Assembly (NCBI GenBank): GCA_051294375.1
Contig: CM119268.1
Span: forward strand, 20,130,531 to 20,194,530
DNA length: 64,000 nucleotides
Reading direction: 5' to 3'
From: Paraspadella gotoi
Lineage: Eukaryota; Animalia; Chaetognatha
In this document: positions 51,155 to 63,305 of the stretch, one piece after another
Numbering within the stretch: the stretch's first letter is position 1
Layout of the letters: the number at the start of each line of letters is the position of its first letter
The notes under the pieces: generated by a model
Told to the model about the DNA's origin: nothing
Database searches by the model: none
Seen by the model: the letters and a program-made list of their open reading frames with translations, nothing else
Program-made: the position numbers and the translations under genes

Positions 51155-51439
51155 TGTAGATAAGGCGCTAAGTGGGCTGAGGATGACTATCCATAACTTC
51201 TATAACCCCCTCTAGCAGACATGGAACGGGTCCTGGGCTTGGAACCAGGCTTGAGGGTTTGCCACGCCCCCAAGGCGGCTTACGGCCGTCCTCACGCTTC
51301 CCGCAGGGTAGGTACCAGGTTGGGATTGAACCCGGTACCTAGTGGTCATGAGCTGATGGCTTTACTCAATGAGCCACCGGGTCAGGACTGAAGGTGTCAT
51401 GCTTATAGGCGGGGTAAACCTGGGCAATGCCCGACTACA
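51155..51439 (-). mobile_element. Solo LTR of a second family with an internal tRNA-like cassette
   Basis: TGTAG...CTACA termini; TSD AAAT; minus strand ~51383-51312 has A box TGGCTCATTGAG and B box GGTTCAATCCC. Confidence 0.8.
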
Positions 51440-51559
51440 AAATGAAATCAGGTTTTTATTTATTTTTTTTAGGTAATTATTCTTGTTTTCAGGTATTAAA
51501 GCATTTGTTATTGTTTAATTTTCTTTCTTTTTGTTGTTGTATTTGATTATCCGATGCGA

Positions 51560-53080
51560 AAACAAAAGTTTTTATTAGTTTTAACCACGATTTATTAACA
51601 GAGTAATATCGGGCATGTTTCGAATCTTGCTTTGCGAATCTTCATCAGCGTTTGACAGTAGACAATTTTTGACAATTATACGATAAGGAGAGAAAGAGAG
51701 AGAGAGGGAGAGAGTTTCCAACAAAGAATTTAGAAAGGACAGTGGTCAGATGTGAGGACAGGTGAAGGTAAGGACAGGAAAAAGGGTTAGTAAGTTGATT
51801 TTTGAAATGGTGAAAGTGAGAGAGAGAGAGTGACAAAGATATTAAGCCCCACCTTTCTTACTCAGTATCTGATTTGTCTAGGTCTAGGATAGTACTATAT
51901 ATAAATATAGCGTACTGCAAAAATTAAAAAACATAAAATTAATTTTTTTTACAAATTAATGTTCACTGATGGTATGTTGTTCATAATTGACTTTTAGAAT
52001 TTTTGTATGTAACTTTCACTACGCCTTAATATACAACAAAGATAAATAAATTAGTAAACTAAAAGAATAATAGTAACAGAAAGAAAATAAATAATTAACT
52101 GGTTCTCAAGAGGTATTAGAGAGGCAATTTACATCAAAGCCCTCGATCCCTCTTTGAACCGTGATGGAGGACGATTCAAGCTCCCTCCAAGCTACGATTC
52201 GCTTATCAAGTTGATGGTGGAATGCCCTACACCACCCCAACCGCATGGTGATTCCCGTCCCCACTCAACGGGTCAGGTGGAGGCCTCAGCAGGCAATGGA
52301 CGTCCGATGTCTCACCTGAGCGTGCAGCAACTTGGTGCGACTCTTCTCGCACTGAGTGTCGACCAAAACAGCGGCTACAGGAGGAAGGAGAGGAGTCTGT
52401 ATCTCCTGCGCCCAAACAGGCAAGAACAGGCAATCGCCCACTTCACCGGCAGGTGAGAGGAGGGCAGTGGGCAGGCCTATCAGGCCCGAGAGATATTCAA
52501 GTTGCATTCGGCATCTTCCCAAGCGGATCACTACCTGATCCCAGAATGTCGAACTCTACAAAAATATCCTCTCAGCCTATGACAGGTCAATTACCTGATC
52601 ACATCGTCAACGTCCCCCATTTGCCTGGCCGGGGGGGGGCAACTTACTTTGAGCTCTTTTCTTAACTTAATTTTTCTCTAAATCTTAACTTAACTATCCC
52701 TCACCACTTATTCTTCATTTTTAATTTCACTTATACTTCACTAGTTAAATTGAATTAATTATTTATTTATTCTTTTAGTTTATTAATTTATTTATCTTTG
52801 TTATACATTTCAAAATGTATTATTTTTTTTCTCTCTCTCTCTCACTTTCACCATTTTAAAAATCAAATTACTTCCACTTTTTCCTTTCCTTACCTTCACC
52901 TGTCCTCACATCTGACCACTGTCCTTTCTCAATTCTTTGTTGGAAACTCTCTCCCTCTCTCTCTCTTTCTCTCCTTAACTTATAATTGTCAAAAATTGTC
53001 TACTGTCAAACGCTGACGACTTGCAAAGCAAGAGTTGAAACATGTCCGATGTTACTCTGTTAATAAATCGTTGTTAAAGC
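51560..53080 (+). mobile_element. Penelope-like element 3' fragment with inverted pseudo-LTR copy
   Basis: From 52097: WFSRGIREAIYIKALDPSLNRDGGRFKLPPSY, the typical PLE GIY-YIG C-terminus. 52830-53080 is an inverted repeat of 51590-51835, and both carry degenerate hammerhead motifs. Confidence 0.85.
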
Positions 53081-53720
53081 TTTCGTTTTTGTTTTAATTT
53101 TAAGTTGGTTCGTTTTTAAACATCTGTAAACTACAAGTATTAAGATTAATTTATCCATAACGATGTTAACGATGATAGCGTGTCATTGTTTAAAATAGGT
53201 TTCTCATACATTTCTATCACATTAACTATCTAGACGTTTTCTATTTTCTGTTGTTGGTAAGTTCAGTAGGCTTTTGATTAAACACTTCAATGACCATTTT
53301 TTTCTTTATACATCTCAACATCAGACGTGGAGACAGTAAGTTCTGACATAAAAACAGCTCATATATATCTTATTATTAATCAATTAATCAATAGAAAATA
53401 GAATTAGCGGTCGCTCAACTTCAGACAATTTTCTGGCCTTTACGCTTCCCTCGAGAAAATTCGGACTACGTTCAGGACTAACTTTCTCAAAGAATTATTA
53501 TAACTTATAATATAAGTGTCATAATCTGTAAAGAGACGGCGGGCTGTGACGGACTAAGAAGGTTTAAGATGGTGATAGCAGATGTCGGCTGCCGACGGCG
53601 AAAAACGACGCTGTTGATATCATCACTAGCGACGTCAAGAGTTACTTTAAAGACGATACAAGCGAAGAAAATCCTTTGCCACCTGTCAGCACCTGCCGCA
53701 TCTGCGGAGGCTGCCGCTGA

Positions 53721-53799
<79 letters not shown>

Positions 53800-56700
53800 G
53801 CTTTCCGTCCTGAGGTCGCTGCATCGGCGTCGAGATTCCAATTTCCTCGACGCGTGCATACGCCCCCCTTCGCTTCCGGCGGCGCAGTTCCATGGTGAAG
53901 AAGGATCTGCCGGGAGCTAGGGTGTCTGCAGCGGCGGTGGCGGTGGCGGCGGCGGCGACGTTGACGTCCTCTGCACGTGACGTCAAAGGGAACGACCGAG
54001 TCGGACGTGAATATATGAGGAGGCAGGGAAAGCGTTTGGATCTCGAGTCTGCAGAACGCAATGGCAATGGCATCGGATTTCGTTGGAGAAGTCAACAATC
54101 ATTTTGAGGAAATAGGAAATCCTTGAGTTGAGGAATTTCAAGGATTGGTTAAAATTAAGAAATGCAGGAGGAAGTCTTTTGAATTTGATTCGTACTTTCA
54201 TTTCATAGGACAGAGTATATATTTACTTCAACGATAATCGGCGACTTACACAAGGTTCTGAAATTTTTACGTATATGAAATAAAAAAGAAATAAAAATAA
54301 AAAATAAAAATCGGGGTAAAGTAAGCAAAATCTTAAAAAGAAGTAACAATTAAATATATCAATTAATGATTTTTTGTTTGACAAAGAAAATTAGAAAGTA
54401 CCTATCTTTCCTAAAATAAAATATATTTATATATCTATATTTATATATATTATATGAAAATATAATTTTGATCTTTATTTTACTTTTTTTCATAAACTCA
54501 CTTAACATTCAAATTCGTCAGAATGTTGTTGTCTGTCTTTTCTCATTTAAAAAAAAGAAAGAAAGTACCTTTTTTATTTAATGAAAAAAAGGTTCGTATG
54601 CCAACGGGTCAGTCGTGCCGTCTCTTGGAAAATAAATTAAACTATTAAAGATAAACAAAAAAGCGTCAATTGAAATTGAACACCAACTCTGACTGAGTCC
54701 GAGTGGAACTCTTATTCTTAATTCGAAAAATACATTTTGATACATTTTTAAATAACTAAAGCCTCAAATCTTATTTTTATTCTTGTTATTTTCCTTTTCG
54801 CTTAAAATAGGGAGAGCCTAACTCAGTAAGGTGGTTAAGAAATTTGAATTAAGCTCCTGCTCAAACGAAAATTTAGACATTCTTTAAAAAAATTGAATAG
54901 ATAAAAAATTTTAATATTACTCCATACTCCATATATTATTTTTTTAATAATTATTTATAAATAGGAAAGGCTAAAATTTTTTATAGGATTTTTTTATTTT
55001 TAAAGTAAGATTCAGGTAGCTTGCAAAAAGTTGTCAAAGTATAATTCTTTTTTCAATATTTTGATCAAAAGTTGGTGAAAAATATGAAAAACTATTTATA
55101 ATCATCATCATCTTTTGATAATTTTATTCCTTTTTCTTAATTTTGACCAAGAAAACATAAAACTTTTTGAAAGTTGTAGTTATATTTTTTATTTAACTTT
55201 TTATGCTCAGAATCCATCAAAAAAGTTAAGATTAATTAAATTTTGATTTAAATTTTAAATTTTAAATTTTGATCACAATAAAAGCATTAAAATAAATTTT
55301 TTTAACAAAATTCCTTTTTTACCTGAAAGTAGACTTTAAGACTAAAGTTTTGAACCCCCGCCCCTATTAAACTTAATTTCATAGTATGGTGGACGAAAAT
55401 GGTGGATTTTCGTCCACCATAATAGTAGATTTCTACTTAAAAAAGCATTTGCATTCTCAGGAGTTACTATTCTCTTTCATTCTCACTAACCAAGTCAAAA
55501 TCACATTTCTTCCTCATTCCATACAAAAAAATGAAACATTAAATTAAATTAAAAACGAAATTTTCAATATCTTTTCCGTCCCGTTTCGGAATAAATTTAA
55601 TAGTGACGTAACGGACGTTGTTTTTGTTTATTCACTGGTCTGAATATCATTTAATTTCTGATCACTATACGCTTTGTATTTCCTGTTATAAAAAAGCCTT
55701 CTAAACTATTCTAAACTAGTGTTTAAACACGCTTTTTAAAAGTTCTATTTGTTTTCAAATTGAAGAAGTAAAGCTTAGCAGACGATCCGAGCTGCCTCTC
55801 CTCCGTCTTCTCCTCCCCAGCTCTCCGACTTGGGCTCCAGTCCAACTCCAAAAGGCCATCATCCTCCAATCCTGGCCGCCACGAAATGTGAAAAGCCTCT
55901 AAAAACGGGCGGCCACTTTGCGAACTGCCTGGCCCGAAAGGTTGGCCCTTATCGTGGAGACCTTTGGATGATGGGACAAGGAAGCGCTTCTTTTCTTCAA
56001 TGTCTTTGCCCACCAAAATGCGAGACCACGGGGAAAAATAAATTTCATGGAATGCAAACATTTCATTCAGCAGCGCCCGGTTGGGTTACAAAGGGGAAAC
56101 GCAAATCTCATAGTAAACCGGGACCGCTGTCCCACCTAATGACTTATTTCTCGCGTTTAACGGCATCTTTCCTAAAAGAAATCTTGACACATTGTCTTTG
56201 ACACATGGATTGTTAATATTATTATTAATTTTAAGGATTCTTAAAACTCCTTTTTATAATTGTTGTACTTTTCATTCTCGCGAACATATATTATTGTATT
56301 TCTTTATTTCTTGCAGTGAAACTACGACTCCGCCATGCGCTTTATGGCCTTCCTGGAGATCAATACGCTCTGGAGGCCTATGGAAAACGGTTTTTTTTTA
56401 AGAATTAATGGAAAAAGAAGAGGAACGAAAGAAACGTAACGGAAAAGGATAATTTATCAGAAAAAAGGAATTCAGATATCATATTTTTTTAATATTTTTT
56501 ATTTTTATTATATATTTGGGTAAAAACTAAGGTTACAATAATTAATGGTTAAGAATATATTTAAAATAAGTGTAAGTTAATTAGAAAAATAAATTAAGGT
56601 TAAAAATAAGTTAGTGGTAAGTTAGGGTTAGGGGTAAATTAGAGTTAAATTTAAAATTAAGTTTCAGCTTAAGTATACAATAATTTAAAATTTCAAAAAA

Positions 56701-57341
56701 TTAAATTTTAATATTAATAAATTTATAAAAAAATATAATAATAATATTTATAAAGTAACAGTTTTTATTTATGATTACAATGATCTTTTAATAATTCGGA
56801 GAGAGAGAAAGATATCAAGGTTAAAATTACCCCTCTTTCTCTCAAAGTTAGTATCCAAATACTTTTTAAAACTATCTAAGCTGGCTGATAAAAGTTCAAA
56901 AAACAAAAACTAAAACATCCGAATTATTAAATGATTGTGGTAATTATAAATAAAAATTCTATTACTCTGTAAATATTTATAAAAAGCAATGAAAAAAATA
57001 TTATAAATAAAACATTTTTTAAAAAATTTTAAAAAAATCCTTCGCATGTGAAGCTTGTCAACGTTTTTAATATCATTATTATTACGGTCTTAAATTTTAT
57101 TTTCTGTAAAGAAACGCACTTTATTTTTTTCTCTTCCTTCTTTTCCCATAAGCCTCCAGAGCGTATTCAATAATATTTAATATTTAACATTTTTACGATA
57201 TAAAATAACCCTTTTACAACCAAATTGATTTATGTTAATTTTGATTAAATTCATTTTGCTCACACATTAAAGTATTTTAATATTTAACAATATATTAGGA
57301 TTAAGCTCTGACAAAAAAAGCCAAAGGTTTTTTTAATTATT

Positions 57342-57990
57342 TGAAGAGACAGTAATAATTGTTATGTATTAGTGACAGAACCGTTCAATATAAGCAGTCC
57401 CTAAGCTTTGGATCAGGCTGTAACACCGTGTTACAGGCGGGTTAAGCGCCCCGTCCCTCTTAATTGCTAGGCAACCACTGGGCTAGAACCCCGGACCTTT
57501 GGGTTGGGAGGCGAATGACTTGCCTCCGGCACCAATGGCCGCTGATGAACAGTTGGTAGATTTTAGTCCACCATACATCCCCCCCTTCTATAGGGAGAAG
57601 TCTGTTGCATTTCTTCAATGAATTGTTGTTGTTGGTGGAAGGTTCATCACCAAGTTGAGGCATGTCGCCTGATGTATTGTTGGTGGAAAGTGCAACACCA
57701 GGTTGAGGCATGTCGCCTGAAAGTGTTGCTGTTGTGTTCGGAAGTCGGGCTTACCAATGAAGAGACAGTGATAATTGTTATGTATTAGTGACAGAACCGT
57801 TCAATATAAGCAGTCCTTGAGCTTCGGATTAGGCTGTAACACCGTGTTACAGGCGGGTTAAGCACCCCGTCCTTCTTAACTGCTAGGCGACCACTGGGCT
57901 AAAACCTTGGACCTTTGGGTTTGGAGGCGAATACTTGCCTCCGCCACCAATGGCCACTGATGAACGGTTGGTGGATTTTAGTCTACCATA
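57342..57990 (-). mobile_element. Second full copy of the tRNA-LTR TRIM
   Basis: LTRs 57758-57990 and 57342-57575; same PBS/PPT layout; internal ~48-bp duplication; TSD approximately TATT (boundary off by one base). Confidence 0.88.
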
Positions 57991-58019
57991 ATATTCTTAT
58001 ACCGGTCATATTTAAGTCA

Positions 58020-58100
58020 GAACCAGGATACCCAGGGATTGAACCTGGGATGCATGGTAGTTACGAGATGATTTTGCCTGTTCAGCCATTGAAATGAGGC
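58020..58100 (-). mobile_element. tRNA-derived segment of a third short element that hosts the TRIM at 57342
   Basis: Minus strand TGGCTGAACAGG ... CCCAGGTTCAATCCCTGGG. The left part (57295-57340) plus 57991-58007 matches the uninterrupted sequence at 63921-63983. Confidence 0.55.
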
Positions 58101-58463
58101 TGAAGACAGACAGCGGTGAGGCAGCTTTAAGTCTTGCTGCTACGATATCTGAATTCTTTTATTTTTTTAATTTTTAATTATCCTCTTCTGTTTCGTTCCT
58201 TTTCTTTTTCCGTTAATTCTTTAAGAAAAACCTTTCTCTTCGTTTTCCATATGCCTCCAGAGCGTATTGATCTCCAGGAATGCCGGTTTAAATTTAAATC
58301 ATTCAAAATTTTTTTTCAGATTATCGTTTTTTTCTAACAATCTAGTATTATTTATCATCGCCGAAGCGTCCCGAGAACAATTTGTTGCTGAAGAGCATGA
58401 TATCTTTCCGCGCAAAATAATATATCCTAGAAAAATAAACTGTACCAAAGCTGCGTGGACGCG

Positions 58464-61400
58464 ATGAGCAACATTCAGTTTTTGGTGCACCCATTGCCGG
58501 GAACGGAGGATCAACTTATCGACAGACTGCAAGAGGTTGGTCGCTCAGTCTCGCTTAATTTTAGTTTAAATCCTTAACCTAAATGTCATTCTTTTTGAAA
58601 AGGTTTCTGACCGAATCAGTCAACATGGCCACGTTGCTCCGCCGGCGTTGGCCGCGCTGAGCCAAACGCAGGTGACGCAAACGGCCGTGGGTCCGAACCA
58701 TGTTGCGTTTCTCTTGGAGGACGGACGCGTCGCCCGATTGCCTTTCGCCATCGTCGCGGGTGAGTTTCAAAGCTGTCAGTCCGTCTGTCGTAACGCTCAG
58801 ACTTAAATCACACAGATGATTACTAATCAATTTTATTTTTTTCTTTCATTGCCAGAAAAACTCGATCTGGCCCTGAGTGGAGATGGCACCAAGCCTAAGC
58901 GGAGCAAGCCTTCGGCGCCGCCGCCTTCCAGCGCTGCATCGACCTCCAGCTCCGCGGCGCCTCGATCCGTCGCCTCCCGCGCCTCCTCCGACGCCCCGTG
59001 GGTCCTCAGCGCCGACGCCTTTGGAGGCCTCTCCTCGCACCCGCTCTCCTCGGCCCCCTCAACGAGGCCCACCGGATCGTCGGCCATCAGCTCCACCGCC
59101 TCCAGACAGAGGACTACTGGTTTGTTGGTCGAGTGAGAATGTCAAATTGTCCACCTTTGTCTTGATAGTTATTTTTTAATCAGAAATTCGTATGTCATGC
59201 TGATAATTAATCGTTCACCAGTTTATGTATTAATTCATTCTTTCCCCCCATCAGCTCGAATGTCGGCGACGGCGGCAGCGGCGAGCTTGAACCAACTGCG
59301 CGGACGCGTCGCCGCCGGCGGCCGCGGAGTAATCGTCGGCTCTACCCGGAGCCTCATCCCGGCCTCCATCGTCCCCGAAGAGCTCGTCAATCAGGCGCAG
59401 GTGGTGCTGCAGGGGAAGAGTCGCAACCTTATCATCCGCGAGCTGCAACGAACCAACCTCGACGTCAATCTTGCCGTCAACAACCTCCTCTCGAGGGACG
59501 ACGAGAACGAGGAGGATCCCGAAGACAGTCAGGTGATGGAGAATGCAACAATAAGCATTGTTGTAAGCATTGTTTGAATGTTATGTTAACGATTAGAATT
59601 AACGATTTCTTCTTCAGGATTCCTACATCAACGCTTCCAACGACGAGGACTTGATCTCTCTGCTCGACGCGGGTCTTCACTCGGATCACCCGTCCGTTAT
59701 CATCGACGCCGACGCTATGTTCGCCGAAGGTTTGTTTTACTATGACCAGTGTTCACTGTTCAGTGATCACTCGGCGCACTCACGTCTCCGCCTTTCTTTT
59801 TTCTCGCTTTCTCGTAATTATTTCGCTCTATAAGGATTCTAACCTATTTATTTCCTATCTTTTTCTGCCCTTTTTTAGATTTGTTCGGTGGGTATCCCCC
59901 CGCGAGGACCCGCACTTCCGGCGCCGGGTCGCGTTCGCGATCTTCGGATCGAGACCGAGATTTGGATCGCCTTTCATCGTCGGAAAGAGACTCCATCTTC
60001 AGGCTGCGGTTCGTCCGATTAGTCTAATTTTGATAAATTTAATTAATATCGATAGATTTCTGAGAAGAGATGCGAGTACTAAAGAGTTTTTGTCGGTCTC
60101 ACATTAGTTGTATATAGTTTTACTATTTATCATTGTTATTTATTATTTCCATTTATGATTTAAATTTTTTTAGAGAGCGTCGTTGGCTTGACTCTGCCCT
60201 TCGCGACGAAGCCGGCGACTTCTCTCGCCAAACGGGGAGCGGCGCCAGCAACGAGCGAAGCGTCGCTTCGTCTCAAGAAGAGAAGAAGACGGCGTCGTCG
60301 GCGCCGGTCTCGACTCTGGCGTCACCGCTTCAATTTGGCGAGGAGTTGCAGTTTCTCACGGAAAAGGTAATTCGATATTTTGAATTCATTCAGTGCTCAT
60401 AAAATATGAACACATTACTTTCGAACACAGGATCTTCGCTTCACCTGCATCGGCGCAATGCATTCCTCCTTGCTCGCCGTTACAACCTCCGGTTTGCTCT
60501 ATCAGTGGAAGTGGAACGAATTGGACGCCACCTGTCTCAGCGTGGCCGCTCCTGGGCACGCCTCTTCCGGTTACGGCGCCTCTGGCTCGAAGACTTATCT
60601 TCAAGAAAGCGGAGGCGGATGGAAGCTCGGCCTCGGAAGGGCAAGCTCTTTGGGTGAGAAAAAAATTAAAAGCTTGAAAAGCGTAGGGAAAAGACGCTAC
60701 GGTAAAAAGAGTACTTTAAATGTTTATATTTTCTCGCGAACATTTTCAGGCCTTGCGAACGAACGAGTTGTGGGCGTGGCCGCATGTTCGGTCCGCGCAT
60801 CATTCTGGACGGAGAGCGGGAAAGTGGCGACGCTCATGGACGAATCGTTGTTCGGCTGCGCTTCTTCTGTTCCGACCGGTCAGCTAAAAAATATGGGCTT
60901 TTAAATTTATATATTTTTAATCGTCGTCTTGTCTGCATATTTAATGTCAGCATTGTTTTAAACAAAAATATTGTCAATTAAAAGTTGTTAAATTCGCATA
61001 CAAATTCAACTAAAATTCGTCCCTCTTTCACGCAGGCTCGCCATCCTCGGCGGTTTCCAAGCTGGAACACCCGGCAGTCGCCTTTCCCGAGTTCCACAAC
61101 GATCGCGTCCTCTCTCTCCACGTGGGATCTCTCTTCACACTGGCACGTCTTCAATCCGGCGCCCTCTATTGGTGGGGAGTCATGCCCTTCGTTCAGCGCC
61201 GTAAGATCCTCGAGCGGGCGCGTTCCAAGGTGCGGAAGTCATCCAAGTCGTCGACCGCGCCCGGGGGGTCGACGTCGGGCGTCGCCGTCTCCAACGCGAC
61301 GCCAATGATGGTTCCGCTGCCGGGCGGCGGCAGTGGATCGGTGGGCGGTGGTTCGGTCCCTGGTGAGTCGGGTCGAGGTAGAAAGTATCTCAGACCAAAT

Positions 61401-61662
61401 CGTTTGTCTCAATCTTTCACTCAGGCTCGGATGAGATCGTCGTCGGCTGTCAAGTTTGCATGCGCAGCTCTCCGATGTACCACGTCGGCGCTACAGCCTT
61501 CACCGTCCGCAACGGCACACCCAAAGTGGGCACCCTCATGGAAGCCGCGTGGAGCTTAAACGACGTCTGCCGCTTCCAGATCAAACCCGCCGCCAACAAC
61601 AATGTGACGCCGCCCGATACCAGAAGTGGCAGCACCGACAGATCCGGGAGTAATGATAGAAG
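58464..61662 (+). CDS. UBR5: E3 ubiquitin-protein ligase UBR5/hyperplastic discs (EDD), 5' portion, 11 exons; gene continues downstream
   Basis: Phase-consistent exons: 58464-58535 ([24 protein letters not shown]), 58603-58759 ([15 protein letters not shown]), 58856-59119, 59255-59532 (UBA domain [45 protein letters not shown]), 59618-59729 ([12 protein letters not shown]), 59879-60008, 60174-60366 (RERRWLD), 60431-60653 (LYQWKW), 60750-60878, 61036-61362 (LYWWGVMPF), 61425-~61662 ([13 protein letters not shown]...[20 protein letters not shown]). The ten traced introns are GT-AG. Peptides match the UBR5 N-terminus as I recall it. Confidence 0.96.
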
Positions 61663-62232
61663 GCGAGTATCAAAGGACTTTATCAACTTTGTTAAGATAG
61701 GGTAGTGCGTGGTAATTCGGAACAGGGGTTATTCGGAACACTGACATCTAAAATGAAATGAAAAAATTGTTTGAGGATATTTTAAAATTTTTTTGGTGCA
61801 TTAATAATTTCACCAACTTCACTTTCCATTATTTAAGTTACAGCATTCCGCTGCTGCTGCTGTAACTGCAGCTGCAATATCAAATCTGCTAGTCAAATTT
61901 CGTCTTTGAGTAGTCGTTTTCAAGCCTCTGTCACAGTCATATTTTACGTAATATGATTATGCCATGGAATATTAATATATGATAGACGAGACTACGAATT
62001 TTTAGTTATTGAATAGATTATTCCGAAAAAATAATTCAATTATTTTTTACAATTAAATTGGGGTAAAACGAAACACCTGTAAGGTAAGTATTCTGTGTTA
62101 CCTCTTATGCTTTTTATAAAGTGTTAGTAATTATTTACTCAGTATTATACTATTAATGTTACAGTAAAAAATCAATTTTTAGCATAAGAATATACAAAAG
62201 TTTGGAATGGAATTTAACGCCTAAATATGGTT

Positions 62233-63305
62233 AAACAAGTTTGAGCAAACAATGTCGGATCTGCCTACGAAAATTAATTAATTAATCAATTAATTAATTT
62301 ATTAATTTTAATATTTAATAATTAATTATAAATTTATATACAGCTTATCATCATCAAGTCCTTAAAATAAAGTAAATGTGACTTATATTTTTTCATTTAA
62401 ACTCATTTCACACTGGCACAATTCCGTCAAAACTTTATATCTAGCTTCTTCACAAACTTTCCTTCCCGCTCACAAAATTTCATCTCAATCTATTATGGGT
62501 TAAAATAAGTAAAAAGTGTCAAGTAAATATGACTCATATTTTTTTCATTTAAACTCATTTCCACTCGTACCAAAACTTTATATCAAGCTTCGTCACACAT
62601 TTTCCTACCCACACACAAAATTTGAACTCAATCTATCCATCCAATTATGATTAATTAGAGTATATTTATTGGTTAAAATAAGTAAAAAGATTTTAGTAAA
62701 TGCGACTTATGTTTTTTCCATTTAAACTCATATCCACTTACACGATTCCGTCGAAACTTTATATCCAGCTTCATCACACATGTTCCTACCCATACACAAA
62801 ATTTCATTCCGATCCAACCAGCCAATCTCGAGTTATTGGGGCTTTTTGCTAAGGTTGGATGGATGGACGGATTGATTGACTGATTAATTAATTAATGATT
62901 AATTAATTGACTAATTGATTAATTAACTGATTAATTATTTGATTTATTAATACATCCTGCATATACATTTAATATAAAAGGGAAAAAAATCATAATCAAT
63001 TAGTGAAACAGGTTTTTTGTTTTTTTCCATTTAAAACTCATTTCCACTCAGACGATTCCATCGAAACTTTATATCCAGCTCAATCACACACTTCCCTACC
63101 CACACACAAAATTTCATTCAAATCCATCCATCCAATCACGAGTAATTGGTGTTTTTTGCTAAGGTGGGACGGACAGACGGACGACGTTTTTTTGGCATAA
63201 TTTATCATAATTCGATGTTCTGACATGATATAATTTGGTGCCCGACAATATTGAGGGGGCGGACCGACAAAGTGAATTATAGAGTCGGGATAAGTAGATC
63301 CGACT
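62233..63305 (-). mobile_element. DINE-1-like family A copy in a UBR5 intron
   Basis: aaacaagtttgagcaaacaatgtcggatctgcc ... agatccgact termini; near-identical to parts of 28211-29739. Confidence 0.8.

Larger units (their letters stand above)
56346..58284. mobile_element. Long-TIR element with nested insertions directly upstream of UBR5
   Basis: 56346-56480 is an inverted repeat of 58145-58284 (ttcctggagatcaatacgctctggaggc); extra partial end at 57140-57168. Confidence 0.65.
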
